DNA of 64,000 nucleotides from an uncultured Microthrixaceae bacterium (GTDB lineage Bacteria; Actinomycetota; Acidimicrobiia; Acidimicrobiales; CAVOFX01): NCBI GenBank assembly GCA_963695115.1, contig CAVOFX010000001.1, positions 28,442 to 92,441 of the forward strand, read 5' to 3'. Shown piece by piece: positions 59,881 to 64,000 of this stretch (position 1 is its first letter; each line of letters starts with the position of its first letter). The notes under the pieces were generated by a model. It saw only the letters and a program-made list of their open reading frames with translations, ran no database searches and was not told where the DNA came from. The position numbers and the translations under genes were made by a program.

Positions 59881-59955
59881 TGGCTCGGGGGGGAGGACTC
59901 GAACCCCCAATTACTGGACCAGAACCAGTCGTGTTGCCGATTACACCACCCCCGA
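59881..59955 (-). tRNA. tRNA-Gln (anticodon CTG), CCA encoded
   Basis: TCGGGGGTGGTGTAATCGGCAACACGACTGGTTCTGGTCCAGTAATTGGGGGTTCGAGTCCTCCCCCCCGAGCCA. Acceptor TCGGGGG/CCCCCGA. Anticodon loop TT-CTG-GT. Confidence 0.9.
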
Positions 59956-60016
59956 CCGGGCAGAGAAGCAGCCTATCGGCTCACGCGACGACCGTTAAAG
60001 CTCGAACCGGGCGCGC

Positions 60017-60628
60017 TCACATCCAGTTCCCGAGCCGGCGGTACCCGACGAGCCGGCCCGCCGCGACCGCAGCGGTCTCCCGGATCAGTGAAGGCAGGGA
60101 GCTCCCGGTGTCGGCGGGCGCGACGTGGGCGGCAGGTATCCCGACCTCGGCAGCGATCCCCAGGAGCCGCTCCGAGTGGTAGGGGGAGCTGACCAGGAGC
60201 GCCGACTCGCTCCCCTGCTGGTCCATGATGAGCTTCGACGCGGAGAGCTGCTCGTAGGTGTTCCGGCCGTCCACCTCCAGGAACAGCGCATCCTCCGGGA
60301 TCCCGTGGTCACGCAGGTAGTCGTAGCCGCTGAAGGCCTCGGTGAATCGGTCGCCCTCCTGCTTCCCACCGGTGACGATGACGACGGGTGCGATCCCGTC
60401 CTCGTACAGCTCGAGGGCCTTGTCCAGCCGCGCCTCGAGCACGGGCGAGGGCCGACCGTCGTACTGGGCAGCCCCGAGAACCACGATCACGTCCACGGGT
60501 CGCGTCTGATCGTCACCGGAGGTGCGCCACACCTGGACGAACGTCACTCCCACGTACAGCACGCAGAGGCACAGCGCCAGGAAGCCCAGCCGGAACGCCC
60601 AGCGCGCCCAGGCGACCCGTTCCATCAC
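60017..60628 (-). CDS. YdcF/ElyC (DUF218) family membrane-anchored protein
   Basis: N-terminal TM helix, then VIVVLGAAQYDGRPSPVLEARLDKALELY...VIVTGGK...LLVSSPYH. Start overlaps the gltX stop. Confidence 0.75.
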   Translation of the reverse strand: MMERVAWARWAFRLGFLALCLCVLYVGVTFVQVWRTSGDDQTRPVDVIVVLGAAQYDGRPSPVLEARLDKALELYEDGIAPVVIVTGGKQEGDRFTEAFSGYDYLRDHGIPEDALFLEVDGRNTYEQLSASKLIMDQQGSESALLVSSPYHSERLLGIAAEVGIPAAHVAPADTGSSLPSLIRETAAVAAGRLVGYRRLGNWM

Positions 60629-62032
60629 AACCTCGCCCGGGCCGCCTTCAACCGCTCGACGGTCCGCTCCCTGCCCAGGAACTCCAGCGCCTCGAAGAGG
60701 GGCGGGCCCACATCGGACCCCGTGGTCGCCACCCGTACGGGACCGCTGGCCTTCCCTAGCTTCAGCCCGTGCCGCTCACCTATCTGCTTCGTCAACTCGT
60801 ACAAGGTTGCGGAGCTCCATTCGCACTCGGCGAACTCCTTCGCCGCAGCCTCGAGGATCACCCCCGCGACCTCCAGCTTGTCGACGACCTTGGCCCATGC
60901 ACGCGTATCGATCTCGACCTCGTCGCTCACGAGGAAGCCGATGTGCTCCGGCACCTCGTCGAGCCGCTGCACCCGTTCCTGGACGAGGGGCCCGATCGCT
61001 CTCAGCGCCTCGAGCCCCCGCTCGCCCCAGCCCCGCGAGTCAAGCCAGGGCCGGCTCCGGGAGACGAACTCCTCGACGCCGAGCGCACGGATGTACTCGC
61101 CGTTGAAGTGGTCGAGCTTCTTGGTGTCGAAGAACGCCGACGCCTTGTTGATGTGCTCGAGACGGAAGTCCTCGATGATCTGGCTCATCGGACGGATCTC
61201 GCCGCCGTCCGGCGCACCCCAACCGAGGAGGGCCAGGTAGTTGGCCATCGCCTCAGGCAGATACCCCCGGGTCGCGGTAGTCACCGACCGCGACGTCGTC
61301 CCTGCGCTTTGAGAGCTTCTGGCGCTTCTCGTTCACGATGAGCGGGAGATGGCAGAACACCGGCCGGCTCGTCTCTCCAAGCGCCTCCCACATCAGCAGC
61401 ACCTTGGGGGTGACGTTGAGCAGGTCCTCCCCCCTGATGACGTGGGTGATGCCAAGCCCCGCATCGTCGACGGCGTTTGCCACGAGGAACATCGGTCGGC
61501 CGTTGGAGCGGAGGATCACGAAGTCCTCGAGGTTGTGGTTCTCGAACTCGACCCTGCCCCTCACGACGTCGTCGAAGGCGGTGACCCCCTCATCCGGTGT
61601 CCGGAACCTGACCACGACCCCCGTTCCGGGTCCTACGTCCCTGTCCCGACAGCGACCGTCGTATCCCGGCGGCCCACCACGCTCCTTGGCCCTCCGCTGC
61701 GCCTCCTCGGGGGTGCAGTCGCACCGGTAGGCGTGCCCGGAGTGGAGCAGCCGCTCGACCGTGTCGTGGTAGAGGCCGGTGCGCGCCGACTGGTGCACGG
61801 GCTCGCCGTCCCAGTCGATGCCCAGCCACCGCAGCGAGTCGTAGATGGCATCGATGAGCTCGGGTCTCGACCGCTCGACATCGGTGTCCTCGACCCTGAG
61901 CAGGAGCTCCCCGCCTTGCTGACGGGCGAAGATCCAGTTGAACAGAGCGGTACGGGCCCCACCGATGTGGAGATACCCGGTGGGCGCCGGCGCGAAGCGC
62001 ACCCGCACGCAGAGAGGATCGCTCGAGGTCAC
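60625..62032 (-). CDS. gltX: Glutamate-tRNA ligase; +1 frameshift in a G5 run near 61266 in this sequence
   Basis: N-terminal part in ORF 61253-62362 from GTG 62032 (RVRFAPAPTGYLHIGGARTALFNW...KLSKRRDD). C-terminal part in ORF 60625-61284 (GYLPEAMANYLALLGWG...). Removing one G from gacccggggg-tat restores YRDPGYLPEAM. Confidence 0.9.
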
Positions 62033-62154
62033 TCCCCCACGGTAGCGGCGAGGCGCGACCCGCCCGGCGCACCTCGTTCGGGCCCGAGCCGGTCGGCCGG
62101 CCTGCTCCGCCCGTTCGACCGGGTGAGTGAATAGGCGGTCGCAGCCTCTGTATC

Positions 62155-63102
62155 GTGGTCCGGATGCGCCGAGCTCTCGTCCTCCTCCTGGCGCTCGGAC
62201 TGGTGGTCGTGGCCTGTGGCCCATCTGCCCAGGAGTCGGGCTTCCACCTCTCGGCCGACCAGCTCGCGCCGGCGACCACCACCTCCACCTCCGTCGTGCC
62301 CGACGAGGCTCGGTGGGATGTCGAGGTCGCCACGGCCAAGACCGACGTGGTGCTGGCGGCATGCCAGCCTCCCGAGGAGCTCGAACAGGAGGCCGAGGAC
62401 GGGAGCGGGGAGACCGACGGTTCGGACGACACGACGACCACGACGGACGCCACCACCACGACGACCACGCCCACCGCAGCCAACGGCTGCACCGTACCCG
62501 AGCCTCCCGATGGCAAGCCCGAGCTCAGCGCGATCCCGGGCACCACGCCGAACGTGGGATCGGCCCAGGTGCTAGGCGGGTGGAGCTTCAACAACCCCAC
62601 CTACTTCGGGAACCCGTTGGTCTTCCTCGTCCTCGAGAACCACGGGGAGTGGCTGGAGGTGATGGTCCCGACCCGTCCCAACCAACAGGTGGGCTGGATC
62701 AGGGCCAGCGACGTCGAGCTCTCCACCATCCGCTGGCACGCGCAGATCGACGTGACCCACAACACCCTCAAGGTCTGGAACGGTGACCAGGTCGTGATCG
62801 ACACGGGCATCGTCGACGGTAGGGAGACCAGCCCCACCCCGCTCGGCCGGTTCTACTTCAACGAGAAGATCGAGAAGTGGCCCAGCTCCGACTACGGCTC
62901 CTGGGTCTTCAGCACCAACGGGTACTCCGACACGCTCGAGACCTTCAACGACGGTCTGCCGGCCTTCGCGGTCCACGGCACCCCCTACGACGACCAGATC
63001 GGGAGCGACATCTCCAACGGCTGCGTCCGGGTGCCGAACCGGGCCATCGAGCTGATGGCCGAGAGGGTCCCGATGGGGACTCCCGTCGAGGTGGTGGCCT
63101 GA
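62155..63102 (+). CDS. L,D-transpeptidase (YkuD domain) lipoprotein
   Basis: MVRMRRALVLLLALGLVVVAC (lipobox). Thr-rich linker. Catalytic FAVHGTPYDDQIGSDISNGCVRV. Confidence 0.85.
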   Translation: MVRMRRALVLLLALGLVVVACGPSAQESGFHLSADQLAPATTTSTSVVPDEARWDVEVATAKTDVVLAACQPPEELEQEAEDGSGETDGSDDTTTTTDATTTTTTPTAANGCTVPEPPDGKPELSAIPGTTPNVGSAQVLGGWSFNNPTYFGNPLVFLVLENHGEWLEVMVPTRPNQQVGWIRASDVELSTIRWHAQIDVTHNTLKVWNGDQVVIDTGIVDGRETSPTPLGRFYFNEKIEKWPSSDYGSWVFSTNGYSDTLETFNDGLPAFAVHGTPYDDQIGSDISNGCVRVPNRAIELMAERVPMGTPVEVVA

Positions 63103-63153
63103 CCCCTGCCCTCGCCCGACACCGAGACCGGGTGAGCCCCTATCTTGGGTCGG

Positions 63154-64000
63154 GTGCGATGGAGAGGACGGGCATGCCAGGGCCTCATCGCTCTGGTCCT
63201 CCTGAGCGGCACACTCGCCTGCTCGGGTGAACCCGGGGGCGGCACGCCCGGAGAGGGCTTCGCCATCCCGGCAACCGAGCTGGTCCCGCCGCCGATCGCC
63301 GCGGGGGGCCACCCCGATCCCGACCCCTGGACCGTCGAGGTCGCCCGCGTCGAGCCCGACACGGAGGAGATCACCGTCCATCGGCGGCTGCCCACGGGCG
63401 CTGTCCTCGAGCCCGTGGTGCTGCACTCCTCTCGGGGCGGCTCGGGACCCGACCTTGCGCTCTCACCGGGGGAGAACGCGGAATCCCAGGGATCCGGCCT
63501 CACCCCGATACCGAGCCCGGGTCTCTCATGGGGCTCCGCCCTCGTGGACGGCAACTGGGTCTTCGACAACCCCACCCTCATCGGCAGCCCTCTCGTCTTC
63601 CTGGTCGTCGAGAACCGTGGCGAGTGGCTCAAGGTGAGGGCCCCGGTCAGGCCCAACCACCAGGAGGGCTGGATCAGGGCGGACGAGGTGACCATCACCC
63701 GTCACCGCTGGCACGTCACCGTGGACGTCACCGACAACCAACTGCAGGTGTGGAACGGCGACGAGCTGATCCGCGAGACCGGGACCGTCGACGGCAAGCC
63801 GTCGACACCGACTCCCCTGGGACGCTTCTACATCAACGAGATGCAGGAGAAGTACCCGGCATCGGCGTACGGATCGTTCATCCTAAGCACCAACGGCTTC
63901 AGCGACACCCTCGAGCGGTTCGGTGGCGAGGTGCCCATCTTCGCCATACACGGCACCGCCTACGAGGGGAGCATCGGGAGCGACATCTCCAACGGCTGCA
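63154..64000 (+). CDS. Second L,D-transpeptidase lipoprotein paralog (partial; runs off the window)
   Basis: Not in the ORF track because it has no stop inside the window. GTG 63154. RWRGRACQGLIALVLLSGTLAC ... WVFDNPTLIGSPLVFLVVENRGEWLKV ... FAIHGTAYEGSIGSDISNGC, parallel to 62155-63102. Confidence 0.75.
   Translation, partial: MRWRGRACQGLIALVLLSGTLACSGEPGGGTPGEGFAIPATELVPPPIAAGGHPDPDPWTVEVARVEPDTEEITVHRRLPTGAVLEPVVLHSSRGGSGPDLALSPGENAESQGSGLTPIPSPGLSWGSALVDGNWVFDNPTLIGSPLVFLVVENRGEWLKVRAPVRPNHQEGWIRADEVTITRHRWHVTVDVTDNQLQVWNGDELIRETGTVDGKPSTPTPLGRFYINEMQEKYPASAYGSFILSTNGFSDTLERFGGEVPIFAIHGTAYEGSIGSDISNGC

Noticed and set aside
59700-60016. Protein ORFs across the tRNA region (59580-60182, 59806-60192, 59637-59870)
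   Set aside because: They overlap two well-folding tRNA genes and have shadow-type composition.

Overview
Very GC-rich, actinobacterial-type chromosomal window; the heliorhodopsin and the gltX/tRNA-Gln/tRNA-Glu synteny fit Actinomycetota, but finer taxonomy cannot be determined from the sequence. LEFT HALF (1-31.8 kb, nearly all minus strand): a polymorphic-toxin island. A ~6 kb Sec-signal/NHL/RHS toxin gene (25784-31778) is followed by small immunity-type ORFs. Downstream is an array of displaced 'orphan' rhs 3' fragments carrying different C-terminal toxins, each with its own immunity gene. The array is peppered with IS elements: two IS3 copies, an ISL3 with a nested IS1380, an IS1634-like element and an IS110 remnant. 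It is also split by a ~10.7 kb decayed integrative/mobilizable element (XRE regulator, primase-helicase, IS3-disrupted tyrosine recombinase, frameshifted MobF relaxase). A short conserved mini-ORF encoding a 34-aa single-pass membrane peptide recurs at the 3' boundary of the toxin-immunity modules; this is the least explained signal. RIGHT HALF: a beta-class (SPPY) DNA methyltransferase with a candidate restriction partner; an amidohydrolase; a GH43 lipoprotein; a CbbQ/CbbO(NorQ/NorD)-type AAA+/VWA pair plus a kinase. Divergent from that pair is a NarG-like type II Mo-bisPGD oxidoreductase operon in the order alpha-gamma-beta-delta with no export signals. Further right are a heliorhodopsin, a CDP-sugar/C-methyl-sugar glycan cluster, tRNA-Glu and tRNA-Gln, gltX and two L,D-transpeptidase paralogs. 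Caveat: many otherwise conserved genes carry single-base frameshifts, including gltX. Several sit in G/C homopolymers and others are clustered, so sequencing error and genuine decay cannot be separated from this sequence. No rRNA or CRISPR array was seen.
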